A stretch of 20,000 bases of DNA from Rhizaria sp. SCN 62-66 (lineage: Eukaryota): contig MEDY01000130.1 of NCBI GenBank assembly GCA_001724265.1, positions 48,400-68,399 of the forward strand. The letters run 5' to 3'. Positions within the stretch are counted from its first letter, which is position 1. Every line of letters begins with the position of its first letter. Both the position numbers and the translations under genes were made by a program. A model generated the notes under the pieces. The model searched no databases, was not told the DNA's origin, and saw only the letters and a program-made list of their open reading frames with translations. Shown here one piece after another: positions 1-9,511 of this stretch.

Positions 1-2
1 TG

Positions 3-2159
3 GCGTCCCCGGCCGCCCCGCGCCGCGCTGCCCCGCCCGCGCTTAACGTCGCCTCCGTCGCCGCCACATCGATCACATCTCCCACGAACTCCAGTAGCGG
101 CGGGAACGCGAGCGGTAATGCAAGTGCGAATGTAGCGCCGGCAGTGCGGCGCCCGGTCGCGATGTCCGCCGCGACGCCCACCGCGGCGGCCCGGCGCGCC
201 AGCGGGTTCCGGGCCCCCGTCGCCGTCACCGCCGCCGCAGCGAGCGGCGCGGACCCGGCGACTCCGGCGCGACGGCCCGCGGCGGGTGCGGCCACGGTCG
301 GCAGCAAGCACCGCCGGCTCTCGGTCGTGCCGGACTCGCCCGCGCCGGGGACTGCGGCCGCGACTTCGCAAGAGCAGGAGCAAGAGCAGATGGAGTCGCC
401 GCCGCTGTCGCCCCGAGGCACCGGCGGCGGCGGCGGCGGCGGGCGCGCTGCTGCTGCCGCTGCTGCGGGCGCTGCGACTGGGACCGGCTCTGCAGCCGTG
501 CGCGGCCGCACCCCCGCGCGAGACCGCGACAGCACCGCGCGCGCGCGCCGCGCCTCGGTCGGCTCCATGGGCACTGGCACCGGCGGTAACAACGGCAACG
601 CCGGCACGGGCGCTGCGGCGGCCGCGGTGAGCGCTGCTGCCGCCGCCGGGCGCGCCGCGGCCGCCGCGGCCGCCACGTCGTCCGGCGCGTCGGGCGCGAA
701 GCTGTCCGCCGTGACGCCTGTGGCTGACCCGCGCAAGCTGAGCGCGGGCGCGGCGGCGGCGCTGGCCGAGCTGGCGCGCGCGACGCCCGCGACCGTGGGC
801 GGGGCGCGCGTGGCGACAAACTGCAGCTACGAGGCGCAGTTCGAGCGCGGCGAGCGGCTCGACTCCGGCGCGTTCGGCACGGTGTGGCGCGTGCGCCGGC
901 GCTCTGACGGCAAGGCGCTGGTGATGAAAGAGAGCGATCTGACAAGGTTTGACCCTGAGCAGAAGCGCGCGGCGCGGCTTGAGGCGCAGATTCACTCGCA
1001 GCTGAGCTCACACTTTGTCGTGCGCCACGAAGCGAGCTTTCTCACGGCCAGCAACGTCTGGGTGGTGATGGAGTACGCCCCCGCCGGCTCACTATGGGAC
1101 CTCATCGCGCACCGGCGCGCCAACTTTGCCGCGCTGGGCTACTGGCCCGAAGAGCAAGTGCTCTGGTGGTTCGCTCAGCTCGCACAGGCGCTGGCGCATG
1201 TGCACGCCAAGGGGGTCGTTCACTTGGACCTCAAACCGGCGAACTTGCTGCTGGCGCGCGACTGGTCACTGCGGTTGTGCGACTTCGGTCTCTCGCTGCT
1301 GCTGTCGGAGCAGGCGCGTCGCGTGCACAACAAAGACGCCTTCGCCGGCACGCCTGCGTACGCGTCGCCGGAGCAGATGACCGGCCAGCCGCCGGAGCGC
1401 AGCACTGACGTCTGGGCGTCGGGCGTGATTCTCTATATGCTCTGCGCACTTGTCCCGCCGTTCGGCGACATCACGGCGCGCGGCGGGGCGCTGGCGGGCG
1501 GCAAGATGGGCGCGGACGAGGCGCGCCAGTTCGCGGACCTGCGCAAGCGCATCCTACAGAGCGGATTCGAGCCGTTGCCGCCGCACTTCAGCCCGGAGCT
1601 CAACGCGCTGCTGGCGCGGCTGCTGGCCAAGAAGGCGCGCTTCCGCCCCACGATGGCCGAAGTGCTGGCGATGCCGCTGCTGCAAAAGTACATCCACCTG
1701 CCGCAGCCTGTCGCCGCGACTGCCAGTGCCAGTGCTCAGGATGAGCCTGAGACGCCGCCGCCGCCGCAGCAGCAGCACGAGGACGGCGACCGCGGCGGGT
1801 ACGGAGGCCACTCGCGCCACGGGAGCTACGATCGTGAGCAGTACGAGCGCAGCCACGGCCATGAACACGGGCACGGTCGTGAGGCGCATCATCAGTTTGA
1901 GCGCAGCGAGCAGCAGCGGCGCTACAGGCACGAGCTCCAACACGATGATAACGACAACGAACATGAACAGGAGCGGTCGCGGTCGCGCTCGCGGACGCGG
2001 GCGGAGACTGGTGGTTACGAGCATGAACAGGACTATGAGCGCGAGCATGCGTATACCAATACTACTACACACGTGCATGAGCAACAACAACAGCAGCAGC
2101 AGGAGCGTGGGCACGAGTCGCACCATGCGGGGGCGGAGCATGCGCATGATGAGTACTAA
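3..2159 (+). CDS. NEK/NIMA-related Ser/Thr protein kinase, 5'-partial, with low-complexity N-terminus and His/Glu-rich tail
   Basis: The frame is open from position 3, upstream of the listed GTG at 144, so the true start probably lies outside the window. Kinase domain at about 840-1695 has LDSGAFGTV, VMKE, VMEYAPAGSLWDLI, HLDLKPAN, DFG, GTPAYASPE and DVWASG. NEK-like segments include EEQVLWWFAQLAQALAHVH and LPPHFSPELNALLARLL..RPT. TAA stop is followed by an AT-rich spacer. Confidence 0.9.
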   Translation, partial: ASPAAPRRAAPPALNVASVAATSITSPTNSSSGGNASGNASANVAPAVRRPVAMSAATPTAAARRASGFRAPVAVTAAAASGADPATPARRPAAGAATVGSKHRRLSVVPDSPAPGTAAATSQEQEQEQMESPPLSPRGTGGGGGGGRAAAAAAAGAATGTGSAAVRGRTPARDRDSTARARRASVGSMGTGTGGNNGNAGTGAAAAAVSAAAAAGRAAAAAAATSSGASGAKLSAVTPVADPRKLSAGAAAALAELARATPATVGGARVATNCSYEAQFERGERLDSGAFGTVWRVRRRSDGKALVMKESDLTRFDPEQKRAARLEAQIHSQLSSHFVVRHEASFLTASNVWVVMEYAPAGSLWDLIAHRRANFAALGYWPEEQVLWWFAQLAQALAHVHAKGVVHLDLKPANLLLARDWSLRLCDFGLSLLLSEQARRVHNKDAFAGTPAYASPEQMTGQPPERSTDVWASGVILYMLCALVPPFGDITARGGALAGGKMGADEARQFADLRKRILQSGFEPLPPHFSPELNALLARLLAKKARFRPTMAEVLAMPLLQKYIHLPQPVAATASASAQDEPETPPPPQQQHEDGDRGGYGGHSRHGSYDREQYERSHGHEHGHGREAHHQFERSEQQRRYRHELQHDDNDNEHEQERSRSRSRTRAETGGYEHEQDYEREHAYTNTTTHVHEQQQQQQQERGHESHHAGAEHAHDEY

Positions 2160-2651
2160 AAAGTTGTTGAGCACGATTAATAACACAGTTTTAAAAGGAT
2201 CTGATTTTATTCTATGATTTATTTGCAACTGTCACTTGATTACGGTCATACACCAACTTGTTTGATGATACAACGATTCCGTGGCCGATTTGTGGCCAGC
2301 GTTGACCGAGTGTCGGCCTTCGCCTTGCCGAGTCATCTTTACTGATCGCGCAGGAACTCGTAACATGCATCGTGAGATCGCACTGCGACTCGCCAAGCAG
2401 ATTATATTGTTCTTTATATCATATATGTTTTGTTCAAACTTGCTAGAATCGTGCTTTAATACGGTATAATCGCTTGATTCTATCTGCAATCTGACGACGT
2501 CTTGACCTCCTTCGCCTCACCCTTCAATCATATCCATTCGTCTATTATCTTCGATACCCTTCAAGCCCCAACAAAAAACAAAGAGATCAACCCCTTGGGA
2601 CTTATAAAGTCTGGGCAGTTGGCACTAGACGTGTCGTTCTCCCCGCTTCCC

Positions 2652-4892
2652 ATGCCCCGCCACGTCGCTGGCGTCGCGCCTCTCACAGCGGCGCTCTCCG
2701 CATCGCTGCTGTTCCTTGCGCTGCTGCTGGCGGCCCCCGCCCCTTGCACGGCTCAAACCGCGACGCAGAAGGCGATTCTCGACATGATGGAATCCAAGGG
2801 CCCGTCGATCCACGTCCAGGACGACGACGTCTCGCTGTCGTACGCCATCATCGACAAGTACCAATGCAGCTCCATGACCGGCTCGCATTGTATCGCGCTC
2901 CACGGTGGCGGGTTCTCGGCCGCGCACGCCGCGCCTGCTGAGGTTGACCGCGCCATGGACTCGGTCGTGCGCAAGTACGCCCGTACCGCGCATCTTCGCG
3001 TCTCCACGCTGCGCGACAAGCCGTCCCTGCGCGGTCGCCGTGCAAACAACGCCGCGAACTCTGCTGCAGCGAAGCGTGGCGCGACCGGCACTGCGAGCAA
3101 CCCCTTCGCGTCGTTGTCCGCGGCCGCCGCATCGTCGTCTCAGCGCGCGTTTACGTCTGTGTTGACCGCGCCCTCGCTGGTGGCCGCTTTGACCCAGCTC
3201 GCGGCCACGTCCAAGGCACCCGCCGACGCCTCTGCGGTTGCCACTTCCTCTGCGGGCGCCGGCACCGAGGGCCGCGAGGCCGTGGAGGCGCTATTGAAAC
3301 GCATCTACGGGCCAGGGTCAAAGATTGAAGTCCGTGAGGAGCCCCGTGGCACGTGGCACATCTCGAGCAACACACAACCAGGCCAATACGCCGCGTCCGC
3401 CGCTGCCGCTGCGGGTGCGACGACGGGGGCGAACGGGATGGCCAAGGCGGCCGCGGTGCCGTTGGCGGAGATCGACTACGATGCGCCGGCGTCGGATGCT
3501 ATTTTCGCCGCGCTGGCCAAGGAGGCGAAGCGCAACCGCGCGCTCAAGGCTGCCGGCATCGCTCCGCCGCCTGCTGCTCATGCCAACGCTGCTGCTGTGC
3601 CCGCTGCTGCCACTGCGGGTGCGAATGTGGGCGGAGTGACGCAGCTGGCGGAGATCCTGGTGGCTGCGGCGGCCGCGATCGAGTCAGGCAATGTCAAGGG
3701 CGCGATAATCTCGCAGTCGCAGTCGCAGTCTCCGTCGCAGCAGACTCAGGCGGAGGCTGGCGGCACAGTTCTCACAACCCAAGGCGCGGACGGGGCGACG
3801 GTGACTGTGCTGAGCATGGAGGATGCGGTGGCGCAACTCAAGGCCTTTAAGCTCGCCGCTGCCGCGCTCACTGCCGCGCCGTCACAGGCTGAGCAGGCAA
3901 AGGTACAGTTCCAGGCTCCAGCAGCAACTGTGACAGCGGGTGACGCCAGCGGTTTGGCGCAAGGTAAGGCTGCTGGCGCGAATGGAGGCGATAAGGCGCA
4001 TGCTGCGCTACTGTCGCGGCTTGCGAACGAAGGCTACACTCGCGTGTCTAGCGGCGCCAACACCAACGCGGACGTGGATGCAGATGCGGATGCAAGTGCG
4101 GACACTGACGTAAAGGCGAACGCGAACGCCGTGGACGCTGATACGAAGGTGAGCGCGAACGCTAACGCGAAGGCTGATCCGCATGCGAACACGAATGCTC
4201 ACGCGAATCCTAACGCTAACGCAAAGGCGAGTGCTAAAGCTAAAGTCAAGGCACATGATAAAGCAAGCGCGAAGGCGACCACGCAGGCAAACATCGATGG
4301 TGCCGCTAGTAAGAAAGTTGGCACCCCCGTAGCCCCCGCTACGAATGCTGCTCCTGCTGCTCCTGCAAATGCTGCGAATGGTGCGCCTGCGGTGCCTGCT
4401 GCGACAACCAGCGTTGCGCCTAACGTGCACGTTGTGACCGCCGCCACTGGCGCCGCCACAGAGTCCGGCGCTGGCGGCGATGAAAAGGCTGATGCTGAGG
4501 CAATTTTGGAGGCCGCGTTGGCTGCGAGGCGTGCGCGCAGGCCTGTCACTGCAAATGCTGGTGCGAACAAGGATGCCGCCATTCAGAATGCCGCTGCCAA
4601 CAAGGACACGAGCAAGGACACGGTTGCTTCGACCAAGGACATCAACAAGGATGCGACCAACAAGGACGCACCCGACACGGGCGCTGCCAGCCACGACAAC
4701 ACGGAGGCGAGCAAGGGCGCTGTTGCGGGCGACGCCACGAGCAAGGGCACCACCCGCAGGAGCAGAAACAACCGGAACAACAAAAACAAGGGCAATAGCG
4801 ACAAAGCGAACGCTCCTGTCGCTGCAGGCGCGGCTGACGCGGTTGCGAGTACGACGCCTGCTGGGGTGTACAACGATGCTAAGAAGCCGTGA
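2652..4892 (+). CDS. Putative secreted protein of unknown function (about 746 aa)
   Basis: Long ORF. The first in-frame ATG (2652, context gcttcccATG) begins a signal-peptide-like segment MPRHVAGVAPLTAALSASLLFLALLLAAPAPCTA|Q. A short complex domain with two Cys follows, then Ala-rich low-complexity sequence. No later TM helix or GPI-like tail is apparent. Confidence 0.75.
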   Translation: MPRHVAGVAPLTAALSASLLFLALLLAAPAPCTAQTATQKAILDMMESKGPSIHVQDDDVSLSYAIIDKYQCSSMTGSHCIALHGGGFSAAHAAPAEVDRAMDSVVRKYARTAHLRVSTLRDKPSLRGRRANNAANSAAAKRGATGTASNPFASLSAAAASSSQRAFTSVLTAPSLVAALTQLAATSKAPADASAVATSSAGAGTEGREAVEALLKRIYGPGSKIEVREEPRGTWHISSNTQPGQYAASAAAAAGATTGANGMAKAAAVPLAEIDYDAPASDAIFAALAKEAKRNRALKAAGIAPPPAAHANAAAVPAAATAGANVGGVTQLAEILVAAAAAIESGNVKGAIISQSQSQSPSQQTQAEAGGTVLTTQGADGATVTVLSMEDAVAQLKAFKLAAAALTAAPSQAEQAKVQFQAPAATVTAGDASGLAQGKAAGANGGDKAHAALLSRLANEGYTRVSSGANTNADVDADADASADTDVKANANAVDADTKVSANANAKADPHANTNAHANPNANAKASAKAKVKAHDKASAKATTQANIDGAASKKVGTPVAPATNAAPAAPANAANGAPAVPAATTSVAPNVHVVTAATGAATESGAGGDEKADAEAILEAALAARRARRPVTANAGANKDAAIQNAAANKDTSKDTVASTKDINKDATNKDAPDTGAASHDNTEASKGAVAGDATSKGTTRRSRNNRNNKNKGNSDKANAPVAAGAADAVASTTPAGVYNDAKKP

Positions 4893-5362
4893 ATTGGGGA
4901 GAGGGGTGTGTGATGCGGGATGTGTTATGCTAGAGTGTGATGCTGAGTCTCGGCATTTGATTGGCCATGGTCTTGCTAAGGCCAATCAACAATAATAAAC
5001 AAAATACGCTTCAAATCAGATATCTACTTCTTGACACACAGCTGTAACTGCGCTGCGTCATCAGTGCGAGTGCGCGCGCAACATACCTAATGCGGGTCGC
5101 GTCCGAGGTCACCCACAAAATTCTCACTATAACCTTCTTGTTGCGCGATACCAAAGCACATGCTTTAACATCACGAGTGAAATTTGAATTTCATAGTTGG
5201 ACCATCAGTTTTGATCAAAAGTGGCACTTTATTTTCTATCAGGCCCAGTGGCCCTGATGAGTGACAATGTAATAATCGCCAGTTGTTGTAAATCACACCG
5301 CACTGACTTTTATCATAACCATATGGTAACGTGCGTTTGCAGTTCCGCGCGAGATAAGCTTT

Positions 5363-8300
5363 TCACCGTGCAGCCTTAGCAAGCGCGCGCTTGATGAGCT
5401 CAGCCGCTTTAGTCGCGGAATCCTTCTCCGTCTTGCGCGCCTTGTCACCGTTCTTCTCGCTCTTACTACGCGCAACATCAATGTCAGCACCGGCGTCACC
5501 GCCAGCGGCCGCCGACGCATCGCGGCCCATGCTCTTGATAGTCTCGGCGACAGCGTCAATGTCGCTGCGGCTCATCACGCCGCCGTACTGCTTCAGCAGC
5601 CCCGCGACGAGCTCGCGCAGCACATGCACCTGCCGCTGCTGCGCCGCGAGCCGGCGCAAGTCCTTGCCGAAGGCGGCCGACAGCTCGCCCGCGCGCGCGC
5701 GCTCCGCCTCGAGCTGGCTCTCGAGCACAGCCACGCGCGTGCGCAGCGCCTCGACGACGGCTTCGCGCCCGCGCAGCTCCTCGGACTGCGCGCGCAGCGA
5801 CTCCGTGAGGAACGCGTACGGCTGCTGCTCGCTCTGGCCCGCCACGGCAGGCTGCCCCGCCTGCTGCTGCTGCAGGGTGAGCGCGGGGAACGCCGAGGTG
5901 GCCGCAAAGTCCATGCGCGCGCCCGGGCCGGGTGGGAACAGCGCGGCGTCAGCGCCCGCGACAGCCGCCATCGCGGAGCCGCCGAACCCGGCGCGCGCGG
6001 CGTCGGCAGACAGCAGCGCGAGCAGCGAGTCGCGCCGGCCCGCGCGCGCGGCCGCGGCGTGGATAGCGGCCAGCTCGGCGGCCTGTTTCTCGCCCGCCGC
6101 GCGGCTCTGCGCGAGCTCCTGCGTCAGGCGCGCGATCTCGGCCTGCTTCTCAGTCAAGCGGTGCGCCAGCAACAGCGACTGGCGCAGACGCTGCCGCGCC
6201 GCGCCAGTCGCAGCGGTCATGTCAGACCCGCCCGAAGCAAGCGCGCCGAGCACTGCGTCGACGCCGTGGATCTTGTGCGCGGACGCCGACGTGGCACCCG
6301 CGGCGCCGGGCCCGCTGCCGCCGCCAGACCAGAGAACGCGCTCGCCGGGATGCTTGCCCGCGCGGCCGGCCCCGCTGGCGTTGTCAAACGCGGCCGCAGT
6401 GTCTGCGCCCGCGCGCACGATGGCGAGGTCGAGGTCGTGCTCGAGCACTGCGTACGCCTGTAGCCGTCCGCGCAGCGCCTGCTCTGTGGCGCGCGACTCG
6501 GCCTCGAGCTTGGCCGTGGCCTCGCGCACGGCGTGGTACTCGGCCAAGATGACGTCGGCGCGTTCCTTGGCGGCGTCGTGCAACACGCGCATCGCCTGGT
6601 AGTCGTTGTGCGCCTTCTCGTACAGCCCCGCCACGCGCTCAGCTTCGGCGGCCTTGACGCGCAGCTGCGTCAGCGCGTCGGCCGCCTGTGCCTCAGCAGT
6701 GGCCTTGTCGTGCCGCAGCCGGTCCTCGGTCTCCTCGCGCGCGCGCCGCAGCTCGGACAGCTCGCTCTGCGCGCGCGCCAGCTGCGCCCAACCTTCGTCC
6801 TTGCTCTGCTTCAGCGCGGCCAGCTCGCGGTGGTGCACCTCGGTCTGCTGCGCGCGGACTTCGCTCAGAGCGGCCTCGGAGCGCTCGCGCAGCCGCGCCA
6901 GCTCGCCGTCGAGCCGCGACTCGTACTGCAGCCGCGCGTCAACCTGCGCGCGCAACAGCTGTTCGCCGAGCTCTTCCTTGTTGCGCTTCAGCGCGGCGGC
7001 CTTGTCGCGGGACCGTGCGAGCTCGCTCTCGGCCGTGCGCAGCTGCTCGCGGAGCAGGATTGCCTCGCGCAGCAAGTGCTCTTTGTCGGCCCGCAGCAGC
7101 GCCGCTTCCTGCTGCGCGTGGCCCATCTCCTCGCGCGCGCGCCGCGCCTCCTCGGTGGCAGCCTGCGTGGCCGCGGAGGATTCCTTCGCGGTCGCCGCGG
7201 CAGCGTCCGATGAGCCCTTGAGCCGGGCGACCTCCGCCTCGAGCTCGGCCGCGCGCGCAGAGACGAGGTCAAACCGGCGGCCCTTGTGCCGCAGCGACAC
7301 GGCCTCGGTCTCGAGCGCGGCGTGCTCGGCCTCGTGCGTCGCGCGCTCGCTCGCCAGCTGCTGCAACAACCGCGCCTGCGTCTGCCGCGCGTCGGCCAGG
7401 TCACGCGCCTGCACCTCGGTCTGCGCTGTCAGCGACTGCGCGCGCTCCGACAGCTCGCGCACGGCCCCCGCGGCGCCCGCGGCGTGGGACCGGTGGCGCG
7501 CCACGGCTTGCCACAGCTGTGTCTGCACGCGCTCCAGCAGCGAAAGCGACTCCGGGGCGCGCGCCGCGAGCCGCGCGAACTGGACATCGTCGACCTCGAG
7601 CGACTCTACGGCCAGCGACGCCAGCAAGCGGTCCTTAACCGTGTTGGCGCCCGCGCGGAGCCCCGCGGCGTCGCGTTCCGCCGCAGCCGCGCGCGCAGTT
7701 GCAGCAGCGGCCGCAGTCGCGCCTCGCTCGGCCGCGGCGGCCGCGGCGGCGCGCGCGCGTTCGAGCTTGTCGATCTCGGTAAGCAGCGCGGCAACGTCGT
7801 TGCGGCCCGAGGTCTGGAGGCGGTGCGCGAGCGCATGCAGCGTCGCGTAGTCGGCCTGCAGCTGATGGCAGTGCAGCAGCAGCCGCGGCAGATCCAGTGA
7901 GGCCGGGAGCAGTTGCGAGAGAAGCTGGCCTTGATACGCAGCGCTCGCGGCGCCCGCCTTGTCGCCCTGCGCGGACATGGCGGGCACGGGCGTCGTCGCC
8001 AACGCGGCCGCGACGGCCGCCGGTGGCGGCAGCGGTAGCATCGGGTGGCTCAGGCGGCGCAGTAGCGCGTCGACCTGGCCTACGTCGACATGCTCCACGG
8101 CCGTGACGCTCGTGTTGACCGAGCCCGCGCCAGCGCCGGTGCTGGGCGTGACACCGAAGCCGAGCCCGAGACTGGGGTCAGACGCCGGGATGACCGGGCC
8201 GCCGTGGGGGCCGGCACAGGCAGCGGAGTGCGTTGTCTGCGCGTGGGTCGCGAGTACGCCGGTGATGCTGTGGGACTGCGCGGGCGCCGGAAAGAGCTGC

Positions 8301-8830
8301 CGGTGCGCGCCAGAGGCGGCGGAGCCGGGACGACTGAGCCCCGCACCAACCGCGGCCGCGCTGGTGTCGGGCGCGGCCGCAGCGGCGGCGGGCGCGGAGA
8401 GGTTCATCGGGGGACTGATGGCGTATGGCCCGCCGGCGGCGGCGGCGGCGGCAGCCAGCGCGGCGGCCTCGGCGGCAAATCGAGGGTCGGGCGGAGAGAT
8501 GGCGTTTGCGGCGGACACAGTGGGCGCGCTGGAGTAGTCATGCGGCAGCGCGCGGGCGCGGATGGCGGCCGCGGCGGAGGAGGCAGAGGCCGCGGCGGCG
8601 GCAGCGGAGGCGACGTGCGAAGATGTCGCGGACTGCGCGGCAGCGACGGATTCGGGGGGAGACACGCGGCGCGGAGTAACCAGGTCGTTAATGGCAGCGG
8701 GATCCGCGGCGTAGGTGCCCGCGGCGGCCGGCGACGCGTGTGCGAGCGAGGACGACCCGGCGGGAGCGAGCGGCGGCAAGGCGTCCCCGGAGCCGCCGCT
8801 GCCCGTTACGGGAGGCAGCTTCAGCGACAT
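5363..8830 (-). CDS. PIBF1: PIBF1/CEP90 centriolar coiled-coil protein (1155 aa)
   Basis: Long coiled coil with blocks in the order I recall from PIBF1: PESLSLLERVQ, LLRADKEHL, QYESRLDGELARLRERSEAALSEVR..HHRELAALKQSKD, RLQAYAVLEHDLDLAI, ARQRLRQSLLLAHRL, QQPYAFLTESLR. ATG context ccccaATGtcg. Confidence 0.85.
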   Translation of the reverse strand: MSLKLPPVTGSGGSGDALPPLAPAGSSSLAHASPAAAGTYAADPAAINDLVTPRRVSPPESVAAAQSATSSHVASAAAAAASASSAAAAIRARALPHDYSSAPTVSAANAISPPDPRFAAEAAALAAAAAAAGGPYAISPPMNLSAPAAAAAAPDTSAAAVGAGLSRPGSAASGAHRQLFPAPAQSHSITGVLATHAQTTHSAACAGPHGGPVIPASDPSLGLGFGVTPSTGAGAGSVNTSVTAVEHVDVGQVDALLRRLSHPMLPLPPPAAVAAALATTPVPAMSAQGDKAGAASAAYQGQLLSQLLPASLDLPRLLLHCHQLQADYATLHALAHRLQTSGRNDVAALLTEIDKLERARAAAAAAAERGATAAAAATARAAAAERDAAGLRAGANTVKDRLLASLAVESLEVDDVQFARLAARAPESLSLLERVQTQLWQAVARHRSHAAGAAGAVRELSERAQSLTAQTEVQARDLADARQTQARLLQQLASERATHEAEHAALETEAVSLRHKGRRFDLVSARAAELEAEVARLKGSSDAAAATAKESSAATQAATEEARRAREEMGHAQQEAALLRADKEHLLREAILLREQLRTAESELARSRDKAAALKRNKEELGEQLLRAQVDARLQYESRLDGELARLRERSEAALSEVRAQQTEVHHRELAALKQSKDEGWAQLARAQSELSELRRAREETEDRLRHDKATAEAQAADALTQLRVKAAEAERVAGLYEKAHNDYQAMRVLHDAAKERADVILAEYHAVREATAKLEAESRATEQALRGRLQAYAVLEHDLDLAIVRAGADTAAAFDNASGAGRAGKHPGERVLWSGGGSGPGAAGATSASAHKIHGVDAVLGALASGGSDMTAATGAARQRLRQSLLLAHRLTEKQAEIARLTQELAQSRAAGEKQAAELAAIHAAAARAGRRDSLLALLSADAARAGFGGSAMAAVAGADAALFPPGPGARMDFAATSAFPALTLQQQQAGQPAVAGQSEQQPYAFLTESLRAQSEELRGREAVVEALRTRVAVLESQLEAERARAGELSAAFGKDLRRLAAQQRQVHVLRELVAGLLKQYGGVMSRSDIDAVAETIKSMGRDASAAAGGDAGADIDVARSKSEKNGDKARKTEKDSATKAAELIKRALAKAAR

Positions 8831-9511
8831 TGGGGCGCAGGGTGGGAGCGCAAAAGCCGTATCTAAAGAAACAGCAGTTGAATGGCTGTCGTCTAGCTAG
8901 CCTGAAATACACCTCGCAAGTTGGTGTGGTGCGTAGAGCGGCCGGGAAACGGAGTGAAGAAACCCACACGCTCGGTTTCAGAAGCCTCTGAAGGTAGCCG
9001 GTGTCAATGAAACAAAATGCAAAATAGTGTTTTGTAAGGAGTACGTCATATTTTCATCCGAAATACTGTTGAATTTTAAAAGCACGATTAAAAACTCCCA
9101 TATTTTGAATCTCTTTGAACCTCTTGTTTTGGCGCCCTCCAACGGCTAGGCGTCGTGGCTCTGTGTGAGGCAAAAGCAGACCTCTCAGCGACAGATCTTT
9201 GCAGATTACGGACGGGGAGTAAGAGATTGTTAGTGTATTCTAATGAAAATGTACACGAAACCATGTTGCGTATGTGATGGCAATATATGCTTACACACGT
9301 GCATTGGTCTCTGAGGGGAAAATGACGTGGGCATGTAAGTGTCACACCTCACGTTTCGCCAGATTTCGGGTCTTAACGACGCACTTAAAGACATCAACAG
9401 CCGCAGATCATGCTTGCGACTTAAGGCGTACTACAAGCACGGTTCACCCACAGTATATCCTACGTGTAGCGCGACATGGCTGCGTTGATGCCGTCATCTG
9501 TGAGCGTGCGC

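Noticed and set aside
2502..2651. TTG-initiated N-terminal extension of the secreted protein
   Set aside because: Non-ATG start with UTR-like composition; ATG 2652 directly precedes the signal peptide.
5015..5034. Minus-strand TCAAGAAGTAGATATCTGAT resembling U2 snRNA
   Set aside because: The invariant GTGTAGTA branch-pairing sequence is broken, and the U2 5' stem and Sm-site context are absent.
5254..5310. CTGATGA as hammerhead ribozyme core or C box
   Set aside because: No stem II followed by GAAA. As a C/D RNA it would be only about 50 nt with no terminal stem.
9380..9511. SECIS element or selenoprotein reading of the glutaredoxin-like gene
   Set aside because: No in-frame TGA in the spliced CDS (it ends TAA), and ATGA-to-AA spacing does not fit SECIS.
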